64,000 nt of DNA from an uncultured delta proteobacterium (GTDB lineage: Bacteria; Desulfobacterota; Desulfomonilia; UBA1062), in the NCBI GenBank assembly GCA_963785235.1, contig CAWAUM010000003.1, positions 288,001 through 352,000 on the forward strand. Reading direction: 5' to 3'. The position numbers and the translations under genes were made by a program. This document shows positions 1-9,070 of this stretch, piece by piece. Under the pieces are notes generated by a model. It was not told the DNA's origin. It did not search any database and was given only the letters and a program-made list of their open reading frames with translations. Each line of letters opens with the position of its first letter. Within the stretch, counting starts at the first letter, position 1.

Positions 1-106
1 TGACATGAGCGAGTGTGCTCAAGAATAAAGTTTTTCTGAATGCTTGCCGTGAAAAGTGATAGAAAGGTATAAAATCATTTGTTATTGTCATGCCTGTTAA
101 GAGGAG

Positions 107-1573
107 ATGCAAGTGAGGCTCAAGCGTGATCTGAGGTATTCGGTTGAGGCAAGTGACAGCAGTAAGACTGTGTGCTTCAGAGATTTCCAGAAGACCGAGC
201 ATATATGCAGGGTCAAAGATTATTCACGAACCGGGGTGTCATTCTTCCTTGAAGACGGCAGCCTGCTCCTGCACATCGGCGACATCATAACCGATCTGAA
301 GTTCAACTCCAACGACCAGGAGGTGCATGCCGGAAGTGCTACGATAATCCACCTCCTGGACGAAGAGCGTGATGGTCAAATCATATCATGCATAGGCTGC
401 TCATATAACGATCAGTCCATGGATGTATATTCCATCATGAAGGTCGACAAGATCACCAAGCTCCAGAACAATTTTCTGGACTTCGTGCAGTCCATGGCCA
501 TCGAGGAGAATCTCGATCCTGAGTTTGTCAACCTTACCTCCCATCTCCATTACATCCTCGATGGATTCCAAGAAAGGTTGAGTGAGGACCTTGAAACCAT
601 ACATCTCGACGATGAATCCCTTCAGGATGCCCTTCTGGAGACTTTACGCGAGCTTGCCTTTAATGCCTTGTTCGATGATCTGAATCGCTACTATGATCAT
701 TTTACCAGGATCATAAGCCGTTTCACCGACCCGAAGCAGCATTATATCCACCGGGAGTTTTTCCAGAAACGCCTGCATTCATACCTGTTAAAATCCAGGC
801 TGTTCAACCGGAGCATTACCAAGCCTTTGGGATACTCGGGTGACTATGAGATGATGAATATCATCTACCGCAACACCTTCGAAGGAGATGACCTGTTCTC
901 GCAGGTGCTGAACAAGGTCGACTGCGAAGGCACCGCATCGCGGGCCGTGAGGAACCGCAGGTCATATTTATGCAGGAAACTCGTAAACCTTGTAGCGAAC
1001 AGCACATCAGACAGCAATCTCAAGATTATGAGTGTTGCCTGCGGGCCGGCCCTTGAATTTGCAGACATGCTCAAGGACTTTGAAGGAAAGACCTTTCCCT
1101 TTACCATCGAATTTATCGCCATGGACCAGGACACCCTGGCGCTGGAAGACGCCAAGGCCCGGATCACGCCGCTGGTCAAGGGCAATCCCCGGATCAGCGT
1201 ACACTTCGAGCAGGATAATATCAAGAGGCTCATCGTTGAAAGGGGCACTGGAAGAGATCTCTATGCCGGCCTCGATATTGTCTATACTGCAGGGCTGTTC
1301 GACTACCTTTCCGACAGGGCCTCCAACAGGCTCATCCACAAGCTCTACAGCTTCCTCAAGCCAGGAGGTCTCCTGGTGGTCGGAAACTTCGGACTGTACA
1401 ATCCCCAGAGGTTCATCATGGAATTCGGGGCAGAGTGGTTCCTTATCCATCGGGGCGAATTTGAACTCAAAGGACTTGCAGGTGATCTGCCGGGGAATCC
1501 TGTTATAACCGTAGAGAAGGAACCGGAGGGAGTTAATCTATTTCTCAATGTACAAAAGTCAGTAGAGGCATAA
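107..1573 (+). CDS. Class I SAM-dependent methyltransferase with N-terminal PilZ-like domain (PhcB/'extracellular factor' synthase-like)
   Basis: 488 aa; N-terminal Arg-rich segment plus DYSRTG (DxSxxG PilZ-like motif); KPLGYSGDYEMM segment; SAM motif SVACGPA and YTAGLFDYL; RBS GAGGAG upstream. Confidence 0.65.
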   Translation: MQVRLKRDLRYSVEASDSSKTVCFRDFQKTEHICRVKDYSRTGVSFFLEDGSLLLHIGDIITDLKFNSNDQEVHAGSATIIHLLDEERDGQIISCIGCSYNDQSMDVYSIMKVDKITKLQNNFLDFVQSMAIEENLDPEFVNLTSHLHYILDGFQERLSEDLETIHLDDESLQDALLETLRELAFNALFDDLNRYYDHFTRIISRFTDPKQHYIHREFFQKRLHSYLLKSRLFNRSITKPLGYSGDYEMMNIIYRNTFEGDDLFSQVLNKVDCEGTASRAVRNRRSYLCRKLVNLVANSTSDSNLKIMSVACGPALEFADMLKDFEGKTFPFTIEFIAMDQDTLALEDAKARITPLVKGNPRISVHFEQDNIKRLIVERGTGRDLYAGLDIVYTAGLFDYLSDRASNRLIHKLYSFLKPGGLLVVGNFGLYNPQRFIMEFGAEWFLIHRGEFELKGLAGDLPGNPVITVEKEPEGVNLFLNVQKSVEA

Positions 1574-1577
1574 GGCT

Positions 1578-2082
1578 TCAAACGCCCCCAAAGACCTCTT
1601 CGAACTGTGTGATATCCGGCAATTCCGATAAAGAGGAAAGCCCGAAGACCTCCAGGAACTTGTCCGTAATGTAGTACATCATGGGTTTGCCCGACTTGAT
1701 GTCGATGAGCTGGTGCTTGAGAAGCTGCTTGAGGCTCGACGTTGAATCCACACCCCTTATACCGTCGATGGTCTGCTTTGAACACGGCCCTTTATAGGCA
1801 ATAACGGCAAGCACCTCAAGCGAGGCGCCTGTGAGCTTCACCGGGGTCACGAGCTGCCTGATGAAGGATGCATGCTCGGGCAAGGTCACAAACAGGTATC
1901 CGGTTGCAACAAGGTTTATCCTGAAGCTCCGGTTGGAGGCTTCATAGATGCCGTTTAGATCATCAATATATCGCTCGATCTCTTCGGATGGACAATCCGG
2001 GCAGGATCTTCAAAATTTCCTTGATTGAAAGCGCCCTGCCGGACGAAAAGATGAGCGCTTCAATGATCTCCCGATTCCCCAT
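1578..2082 (-). CDS. scpB: SMC-Scp complex subunit ScpB (frameshift near 2000, probable assembly indel)
   Basis: Start MGNREIIEALIFSSGRALS at 2082 joins after a one-base shift to LTGASLEVLAVIAYKGP...IDGIRGV...FLEVFGL; adjacent to scpA. Confidence 0.85.
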
Positions 2083-2126
2083 TTTTTAACCATCCCCTCC
2101 ATGCTTCACCACTATCCCCCCTTGCC

Positions 2127-2858
2127 TCAATCCCTCTCTTGCCTCTTGACCAGATAAATGGTTGAAAACAGGCCTTTCTGAATGAGTCTGACTATGCTCA
2201 GTTTCGACATCTCCAGGGCTGCCATGAACGCACCGATGATCTCGGTTTTTTCGCCGGTGGGGGCTGCCTCATGCAGGGCAATCTTATTTTTTGAAGAAAA
2301 GAGTGAGGCAATACGGGTCATGATATCCTGGATGGAAAACCGCATGGGCATGACATTCATGATGAGCTGCTTGGTGCGGGAACGGATAGCGGCAATTGCC
2401 TCCATCAAGGGGCCGAGAGAAGTCCTTGAGACATCTCTCTCGTCGGCCATTGTTCCCTTGGGGAAGGTGTCCCAGTAGAGCATGGGCCTCATAGCCGAGC
2501 TCGCGGGAAGCAACCTTGAGAGACTGGTAGGCGAGCAGCATCTCCCTGAGCTCGTCGGCCGGGTTCTTGCCCTCTTCATCCTTGTGCAAGTCGCCTCCAG
2601 GGGCAGCAGCAGGCGTGACTTCAGCCAGATAAGGTATGATGCCATGTCAAGGAACTCGCCGGCCAGCGATATGTCAAGGGACCTTATCCGTTCGATATAA
2701 GCCAGATACTGGTCAATAATGGGGCAGATTTCCAGGTCGGACAGGGTAAAGCGATTCTTCTCTATAAGGTACAGCAGCAGGTCGAGCGGGCCCTCGAACA
2801 TGGGCAGGTGCAGCACGAACTCGTTGCCTGCAGCCGGAGCACTTATGGTTTGTTCCAT
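2127..2858 (-). CDS. scpA: Segregation and condensation protein ScpA (two compensating indels about 2485-2585)
   Basis: FEGPLDLLLYLI, AGEFLDMASYLIWLKSRLLLP; the ScpA-like segment NPADELREMLLAYQSLK lies in an alternative frame. Confidence 0.85.
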   Translation of the reverse strand: MEQTISAPAAGNEFVLHLPMFEGPLDLLLYLIEKNRFTLSDLEICPIIDQYLAYIERIRSLDISLAGEFLDMASYLIWLKSRLLLPLEATCTRMKRARTRPTSSGRCCSPTSLSRLLPASSAMRPMLYWDTFPKGTMADERDVSRTSLGPLMEAIAAIRSRTKQLIMNVMPMRFSIQDIMTRIASLFSSKNKIALHEAAPTGEKTEIIGAFMAALEMSKLSIVRLIQKGLFSTIYLVKRQERD

Positions 2859-2875
2859 TCCAACCCCTTATGCCC

Positions 2876-3862
2876 TTAGAGCTTCATGGCCTCCCTCACC
2901 CGTGCAATGGTGAGCGCTGACTCGCGTGTGGCTTTATCGCATCCCGCCTTCAGGATATCATCCACCAGGGCCTCATGGCCACGGTAATATTCAATCTTTT
3001 CCCATATGGGTTTGAACTCTTTTATCAGGTTGGTAATAAGTATGCGCTTGCAGTCCACACACCCCAGCTTGGCGCTCCTGCAGCCTGAGCGAATCTCAGC
3101 TCTGGCGGCCTCATCCGTGAAAAAATCATGGAATGGATACAGGTTGCAATCCTTGGGCTCGCCGGGGTCGGTCTTCCTCATGCGCTTGACGTCCGTAAGC
3201 ATCTGCATCACCTTGGGCTTAAGGGACTCCTCGGTCTCATCAATAAAGATGGCATTGCCGTATGACTTTGACATCTTCCTTCCATCGAGCCCCGGGACCC
3301 TGGGCGCCTCGGTCAGGATTTCCTTGGGCTCTGTCAGGATCTCGGCCCCATAAAGATAGTTGAATCTCCGCACGATCTCGCGGGTCAGCTCCAGGTGGGG
3401 AAGCTGGTCGGCGCCTATGGGGACCCTGTCGGCATGATAGATTACGATATCCGCAGCCTGGAGTACCGGGTATCCCAGAAAACCAAACGTGCTCAGGTCC
3501 TTCTCCTTGAGTTCCTCTTTCATCTCTTTATAGGTGGGATTCCTCTCGAGCCAGGAAAGGGGGGTGATCATGGTCAGGAGCAGGAACAGCTCGGCATGTG
3601 ACTTGATGTCCGACTGGCGGAATAGTACCGATTTTTCAGGGTCCAGACCTACACTCAGCCAGATAGTTACCATGTCCCGGGCGCTTTGAGCGATGATGGA
3701 GGGGTCTTTATACTCGCTGGTCAGCGCGTGCCAGTCGGCAATAAAATAAAAACATTGGTATTCATCCTGAAGGCTCACCCAGTTTTTGAGTACCCCGAGA
3801 TAGTGCCCCAGATGGAGGTCGCCTGTGGGTCTGATGCCGGATACGATACGCTTTTTATCCAT
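2876..3862 (-). CDS. trpS: Tryptophan--tRNA ligase
   Basis: SGIRPTGDLHLGHY (HIGH), GYPVLQAADI, KMSKS. Confidence 0.97.
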   Translation of the reverse strand: MDKKRIVSGIRPTGDLHLGHYLGVLKNWVSLQDEYQCFYFIADWHALTSEYKDPSIIAQSARDMVTIWLSVGLDPEKSVLFRQSDIKSHAELFLLLTMITPLSWLERNPTYKEMKEELKEKDLSTFGFLGYPVLQAADIVIYHADRVPIGADQLPHLELTREIVRRFNYLYGAEILTEPKEILTEAPRVPGLDGRKMSKSYGNAIFIDETEESLKPKVMQMLTDVKRMRKTDPGEPKDCNLYPFHDFFTDEAARAEIRSGCRSAKLGCVDCKRILITNLIKEFKPIWEKIEYYRGHEALVDDILKAGCDKATRESALTIARVREAMKL

Positions 3863-3875
3863 ACTATTCCTTTTT

Positions 3876-4508
3876 TTATTTCATGAGGATATTCAAAATG
3901 ACACTGATGATCGGAAAGATCACAATGTCTACTATATGGGTGAATATAAGTACGAGCAGAATCATGAAGCCGTAAGGCTGCAGTTTGGAATAAGCGTAAG
4001 CAGCCTTCAAGGGAAGCAGCCCCTCTAAGATGTGGCTCCCATCAAGTGGATGGATGGGAATGAGATTGAAGATGGCAAGCCCCACATTGATCATAATCAT
4101 ATATTGGGCCATTATGGCCAGCGGATAGAAAATAGTCTGCGAAAGAAGACCGCCAAACTGTTTGAAAACAAATGCAGTTACTACAGCCAATGCTATATTG
4201 GACAAGGGGCCTGCCAGTGAGACCCACATCATATTGGTGCGGGGTTTCTTGAAATATCTGGGGTCCACCGGCACGGGCTTGGCCCACCCGATGGCCATAC
4301 CCGCTATACCGGTAATAAAAAGCACAAGGAGGCCCACGGGATCTATATGCTTGATGGGGTTCAGGGTAAGCCTGCCTGCATCCTTGGCCGTTGGGTCACC
4401 GAAAAGAAATGCTGCATAGCCGTGACATACCTCATGGACGGTTATGGACAGCAGAACTGGCACCATTAACAGTGCAATTTGGCTGATAATATGATTGATG
4501 TCGTTCAT
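3876..4508 (-). CDS. Site-2 protease family (M50) membrane peptidase
   Basis: HEVCH zinc motif, GRLTLNP, NLIPIHPLDG. Confidence 0.92.
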   Translation of the reverse strand: MNDINHIISQIALLMVPVLLSITVHEVCHGYAAFLFGDPTAKDAGRLTLNPIKHIDPVGLLVLFITGIAGMAIGWAKPVPVDPRYFKKPRTNMMWVSLAGPLSNIALAVVTAFVFKQFGGLLSQTIFYPLAIMAQYMIMINVGLAIFNLIPIHPLDGSHILEGLLPLKAAYAYSKLQPYGFMILLVLIFTHIVDIVIFPIISVILNILMK

Positions 4509-4568
4509 TGTGCAGGCCTTATACCTTATGGAAGTCTAGGTGTCAAAAAGTTAGCTGCTTGCTCTGGG

Positions 4569-4741
4569 TTAAGCATAAACTCATAGTGACCATGAAGTTG
4601 TTTTTAAATATTAGGTCCGTTCAAATCATCTATCTTCGCAGCCGTCGGATAATGTTAATTTTCCCGGCCCTTCAAGGCTGCGAAGATAGATGATTTGAAC
4701 GGACCAGGTTTTAAAGCCTCTTAAATGCAACCTTCGGATTT
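4569..4741 (+). repeat. Dispersed palindromic element copy A (30 bp perfect arms 4614-4643 / 4676-4705, 32 nt spacer)
   Basis: GGTCCGTTCAAATCATCTATCTTCGCAGCC and its exact reverse complement; flanks homologous to copies C and G. Confidence 0.9.
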
Positions 4742-4805
4742 CAGATCACCGATCCTTCGCTTTTCATTTCTTGCCCGCAGACCTCCACCCTGCTAACAGT
4801 GAATA

Positions 4806-5516
4806 ATGTCCGATTATCTCATCTGCTGGCCTCAACTCACAAAAGGCACCCTTATCAGGCGCTACAAACGCTTCATGGCTGATGTGGAGCTTGAAAACGG
4901 CCATGTCATAACCGTCCACTGCCCCAATTCGGGCCGTATGCTCGGCTGCTCAGAGCCCGGCAGGACCGTATTCCTCTCACAGTCTGATAATAAAAACCGG
5001 AAATTTCCCTATACCTGGGAGATCATCCACATGCCGGGCTCACTGGTAGTGGTCAATACCCTGCGTGCCAACCAGGCCGCAAAGGCAGCCATAGAACGCG
5101 GTCTTATACCCGAACTTGCAGGTTACTCTGCCATCAGATCCGAGGTTAGGATAGGCGAACACTCGCGTATCGACCTTCTCCTTGAAAGAGATCACGGAAG
5201 ATCGTCACTGGTGGAGGTGAAAAGCGCTACATACGCAATTGATGGCCGCGTCATGTTTCCGGATGCTGTGACAGCCCGTGGTCTTAAGCATCTCAAGGAA
5301 TTGCAGAGATCACTGACAAGAGGATACCGGTGTGCCATGTTCTTTCTGGTGCAAAGAATGGACGCACATTTCTTCACACCTGCAGACCATATTGATCCGG
5401 CATATGCCCAAGGTCTCCATATGGCCCGCAGCAAAGGTGTAGATGTTATCGTCTATGGGACAGAAATCACCCATGAAGGCATGGGCCTGGGCCCACGAAT
5501 ACCTTGCCGATTCTAG
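4806..5516 (+). CDS. sfsA: DNA/RNA nuclease SfsA (sugar fermentation stimulation protein)
   Basis: RRYKRFMADV, HCPNSGRM, SRIDLLL, VEVKS, FPDAVTARGLKHL. Confidence 0.95.
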   Translation: MSDYLICWPQLTKGTLIRRYKRFMADVELENGHVITVHCPNSGRMLGCSEPGRTVFLSQSDNKNRKFPYTWEIIHMPGSLVVVNTLRANQAAKAAIERGLIPELAGYSAIRSEVRIGEHSRIDLLLERDHGRSSLVEVKSATYAIDGRVMFPDAVTARGLKHLKELQRSLTRGYRCAMFFLVQRMDAHFFTPADHIDPAYAQGLHMARSKGVDVIVYGTEITHEGMGLGPRIPCRF

Positions 5517-5643
5517 CCAAGGAGTGCCTTGCCCATAATATTAATCCATCAGCTGTATTGAAATAGGACATTCTTGTCCCTACTCAGGTATCAAGGCTGA
5601 ACTTCATGCTCGCAACTGATGGCATTCACAAAGGAGAGATGAT

Positions 5644-6120
5644 ATGAAAAAGGATACGGAGCTGACCTTGGCAAGAAAAGAAAATGAAAAAGGATCGTCC
5701 CGTGAAGATATGACCGACTCATCCAGGAAGACACTCACCAAAGAACCATCTGCGAACGACAATATCTATACCGACACCATAAAGTCACTATTGGAGAAAA
5801 ACAGGAGCAGGGTTTCACAATACTACTGCGCCAACAGAAAATGTCCAACCACGTTCTGGGAAGCGGATCTTGGATTCCAGTGCCCTCGCTGCGGTGCTTT
5901 CGGCCTTATCAGCTCATTCAAGGCAGACACGGCATACGAACCCGATATGAATAAGCCCGTGGTTGGATATATTGACAGTATCGGCCGGCTGTTCTGCCCC
6001 ACGTGCACAGATCGCTTCGGAATGAGAGATGATGTAGGTCTGGTCATCTACAACGACAGCGAGCCTTACTGCAATGAGGACTGCGAGGCATGTAGAACCA
6101 GCCTTCACTCGACTTTGTAA
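5644..6120 (+). CDS. Hypothetical Cys-rich, putative zinc-binding protein
   Basis: 158 aa ORF with RBS AAGGAG; CANRKC, CPRC, CPTC, CNEDCEAC. Confidence 0.6.
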   Translation: MKKDTELTLARKENEKGSSREDMTDSSRKTLTKEPSANDNIYTDTIKSLLEKNRSRVSQYYCANRKCPTTFWEADLGFQCPRCGAFGLISSFKADTAYEPDMNKPVVGYIDSIGRLFCPTCTDRFGMRDDVGLVIYNDSEPYCNEDCEACRTSLHSTL

Positions 6121-6166
6121 GAGACACCTCCCCGGATGAGGTCTTTTACGGTATAGTAAAGACCTT

Positions 6167-6899
6167 ATGGCCAAGGTACGCATCAACAGATATATCGCCT
6201 CAACAGGAGCTATCTCCCGGAGAAAAGCCGATGATCTTATTACGCAAGGCCGTGTTAAGATCAACAACAACACGGCCGTCTTGGGGGACATCCTGGACCC
6301 GGAGCAGGATGCAGTGACCCTTGACGGCAGGAGCGTTACCCGCCAGAATACACTCCTGGTCGCCATGTATAAGCCCAAGTTTGTTTTAACCACCATGAAC
6401 GATCCCCAGGGGAGGCCATGCATTAAGGATCTCATCCCCAAACAACTCCAGGGGGTGTTCCCGGTGGGTAGATTGGATTTTGACGCGGAAGGACTCCTCA
6501 TTTTAACGAATGACGGAGATTTGTCGCATTCTCTGCATCACCCATCTTTCCATATTCCAAAGGTCTATCTGGTCAACGTTACACCCAAGGCCTCCCCTGA
6601 GGCTATGAAGCAAATGGAAACAGGCATTTTTCTCGATGGCAGAAAGACGCTGCCGGCAAAGGTGACAGAGGAACATGCCCGTTCTGTGGGATCCGCACTG
6701 AGAATCACCCTTGTTCAGGGGCTGAAAAACCAGATCAAGCGTATGGCCGCAGCAGTAGGGCTCCGGGTTGAATCCATCAAAAGAATCAGCATTGGTCCGG
6801 TACTGCTCAAGGGGATGTCTCCCGGCCAGATCCGCCAAATGAGCCAATCGGAAGAGGGAGTCCCTCTATAAGATACTAAAAAAACATAAAAAACCTTGA
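6167..6899 (+). CDS. rluB: rRNA pseudouridine synthase RluB/RsuA family (indel near 6857 at C-terminus)
   Basis: S4 domain SRRKADDLI, PVGRLDFDAEGLLILTNDG; downstream of scpAB in many genomes. Confidence 0.8.
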
Positions 6900-6923
6900 C
6901 ATGTGCATGGAGGTCTTTATAAT
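6896..6923 (+). promoter_or_regulatory. sigma70 promoter of ihfB
   Basis: TTGACA-16 bp-TATAAT consensus 35 bp upstream of ATG. Confidence 0.8.
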
Positions 6924-6957
6924 CTATGAATAATTATATAAATGTAGGAGGAGATAC

Positions 6958-7239
6958 ATGAACAAATCGGAACTGATTGAAGAACTTTCCATGCGCATGG
7001 CTCTCCACCCGAAAAAGGCAGAGGCCTTGGTGAACTCCATCCTCAACTCCATGATTTTTGCCATGAAAGGCAAGCGTCGGGTCGAGATCCGTGGGTTCGG
7101 AAGCTTTGTCATGAGGGATTACAAACCTTATATCGGGAGGAATCCAAAGAGTGGGGAGAAAATCCAGGTAAAGACAAAAACCCTGCCCTTCTTTAAATCC
7201 GGGAAGGACATGAGAGATCAGGTCAACGGCAAGGCCTGA
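6958..7239 (+). CDS. ihfB: Integration host factor beta / HU family
   Basis: MNKSELI, RVEIRGFGSF, GRNPKSGE, PFFKSGK; RBS AGGAGG. Confidence 0.9.
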   Translation: MNKSELIEELSMRMALHPKKAEALVNSILNSMIFAMKGKRRVEIRGFGSFVMRDYKPYIGRNPKSGEKIQVKTKTLPFFKSGKDMRDQVNGKA

Positions 7240-7281
7240 TAACCATCCAAAAGCTCAGCCTCTATTTTTTTGTATTTGAGA

Positions 7282-7321
7282 GCGTCTATATATTGACGCA
7301 TATGATTTTGTATGGTATAGG
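7282..7321 (+). promoter_or_regulatory. sigma70 promoter (TTGACG-17-TATAGG) overlapped by palindrome GCGTC-N8-GACGC (FleQ-box-like)
   Basis: GTCTATATATTGAC 7284-7297 covers the -35 hexamer. Confidence 0.55.
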
Positions 7322-7335
7322 TACTCTACAAATTT

Positions 7336-8739
7336 ATGGGTAATCAATCTATACTCATTGTAGACGATGAGATCCAGAATCGAGAGTACCTTTCTGAGAT
7401 CCTCTCCGATGAGGGATACGCCATCACTACCGCCGTCAGCGGTAATGACGCCATCAATAAGCTTACACAGGATTCATTCCAGGTGGTGCTCACTGATCTC
7501 CAGATGCCTGATATTGACGGGCTCGGTGTAATTAAATACCTCATAGATAACTCTCTGAATACCATCGGCATCCTGTATACGGGCTATGCCTCGGTAAAAA
7601 CGGCAGTCGATGCCATGAAACTCGGGGCCTTTGACTACATCACCAAGCCCTTCAAGGCCGAAGAGATAAAGGTGGTAGTCAAAAAGGCGCTGGACCACCT
7701 CGCTTTGCAGGAGGAGAACACCTATCTGAAACAGCAGCTCAAGGCCCGTTACAAGTTCGAGAACATCGTGGGGACTTCCGACAAGATGCAGAAGGTCTTC
7801 AGCCTCATCGACAAGGTCGCCTCTACAGACTCCACAGTCCTGATACTTGGGGAATCGGGAACAGGCAAAGAGCTTGTTGCACGGGCACTGCATTATAATT
7901 CCATGAGATCCACCAATGCATTTGTCCCAGTGAACTGCGGAGCCATTCCTGAAGAGCTGCTGGAGAGCGAACTCTTCGGACATGAAAAAGGTGCCTTCAC
8001 CGGCGCATTCAGGACAAGGATCGGCAGATTCGAGCTTGCCTGCGGAGGCAGTATATTCCTGGATGAAATCTCCGAGATGAGCCCGAACCTCCAGGTAAAA
8101 CTGCTCAGAGTCATCCAGGAGCGCGAGTTCGAGCGCGTCGGCGGAGTAAAGACCATCAGGGTTGATGTACGGATCATCGCTGCAACGAACAAGAACCTCG
8201 AAGAAGAAGTTGGGCAAGGCAGATTCCGGGAAGACCTCTACTACCGGCTCAATGTCATACCTGTTCAGCTCCCCCCTCTGAGGGAAAGGACTGATGACAT
8301 ACCGCTGCTCATCAAACACTTCCTTGATAAATTTTTAAACGGCAAGTCGTCCAAAAAGGTAGAATTCAGCAAGAAGACGATACCCGCACTCATGCGCTAT
8401 CGCTGGCCCGGCAATGTACGCGAGCTGGAAAACCTGGTTGAACGCATGTTTGTTTTAAGCGATTCTCCCATTATTGATATTGCAGACCTGCCGGAGAAAG
8501 TACTCACCGGGGCCACACTGGAAGCATCGGCAACCCCCCAGTTCGATCTGCCCGAGACAGGCATCGACCTTTCCTCAGCAGTCAATGAATTCGAGAGAAG
8601 CATCATCGTCCAGGCCCTCAATAAGAGTAATTGGGTTAAAAACCGTGCAGCTAAACTCCTCCATGTGAACAGAACTACGCTGGTGGAAAAGATCAAGAAA
8701 CAGAAACTCCAGAAACCATCAGAATCAAATATCAGCTGA
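7336..8739 (+). CDS. sigma54-dependent response regulator, FleQ/FlrA-like (REC-AAA+-HTH)
   Basis: REC domain, [25 protein letters not shown]-terminal NRTTLVEK; upstream of flagellar genes. Confidence 0.85.
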   Translation: MGNQSILIVDDEIQNREYLSEILSDEGYAITTAVSGNDAINKLTQDSFQVVLTDLQMPDIDGLGVIKYLIDNSLNTIGILYTGYASVKTAVDAMKLGAFDYITKPFKAEEIKVVVKKALDHLALQEENTYLKQQLKARYKFENIVGTSDKMQKVFSLIDKVASTDSTVLILGESGTGKELVARALHYNSMRSTNAFVPVNCGAIPEELLESELFGHEKGAFTGAFRTRIGRFELACGGSIFLDEISEMSPNLQVKLLRVIQEREFERVGGVKTIRVDVRIIAATNKNLEEEVGQGRFREDLYYRLNVIPVQLPPLRERTDDIPLLIKHFLDKFLNGKSSKKVEFSKKTIPALMRYRWPGNVRELENLVERMFVLSDSPIIDIADLPEKVLTGATLEASATPQFDLPETGIDLSSAVNEFERSIIVQALNKSNWVKNRAAKLLHVNRTTLVEKIKKQKLQKPSESNIS

Positions 8740-8805
8740 CTCAACCCCCCCACTTCGCCCTGAAAAACGCATCTGATCTTGATTGCAAAGACTATTGCAC
8801 AGCTA

Positions 8806-8980
8806 TAAAAAAACCTTACCCGTTCAAATCATGCATCTCGGCTTCACCGAGATGCATGATTTGAACGGGCCAATTTTTGTTGCATCCCAAAAGTTTTTAG
8901 GTTGTGGAATGGTCTGAACCTAATGCAAGCTGCTCATAAGCTTTTTGTTACATTCCTTTCATACTTGGTTGTTCAAGTTC
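8806..8980 (-). repeat. Dispersed palindromic element copy B (23 bp perfect arms 8819-8841 / 8847-8869, 5 nt loop)
   Basis: CCCGTTCAAATCATGCATCTCGG-CTTCA-CCGAGATGCATGATTTGAACGGG; AAAAACCT left flank is the reverse complement of the family AGGTTTTT flank. Confidence 0.8.
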
Positions 8981-9044
8981 TAGGGGAATGATGGTTACCG
9001 CAGGAGTCTTTTGCAAGCAGATCAAGCCCACCTTCAAGGAAATA

Positions 9045-9060
9045 TGGCACGAAAGTTGTA
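9045..9060 (+). promoter_or_regulatory. sigma54 -24/-12 promoter
   Basis: TGGCAC-GAAAG-TTGTA, one mismatch to TGGCAC-N5-TTGC. Confidence 0.65.
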
Positions 9061-9070
9061 TTTTCATGCC

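Noticed and set aside
4508-4693. Short ORFs over the element (also 20114-20368, 52713-52979)
   Set aside because: No frame is conserved among copies
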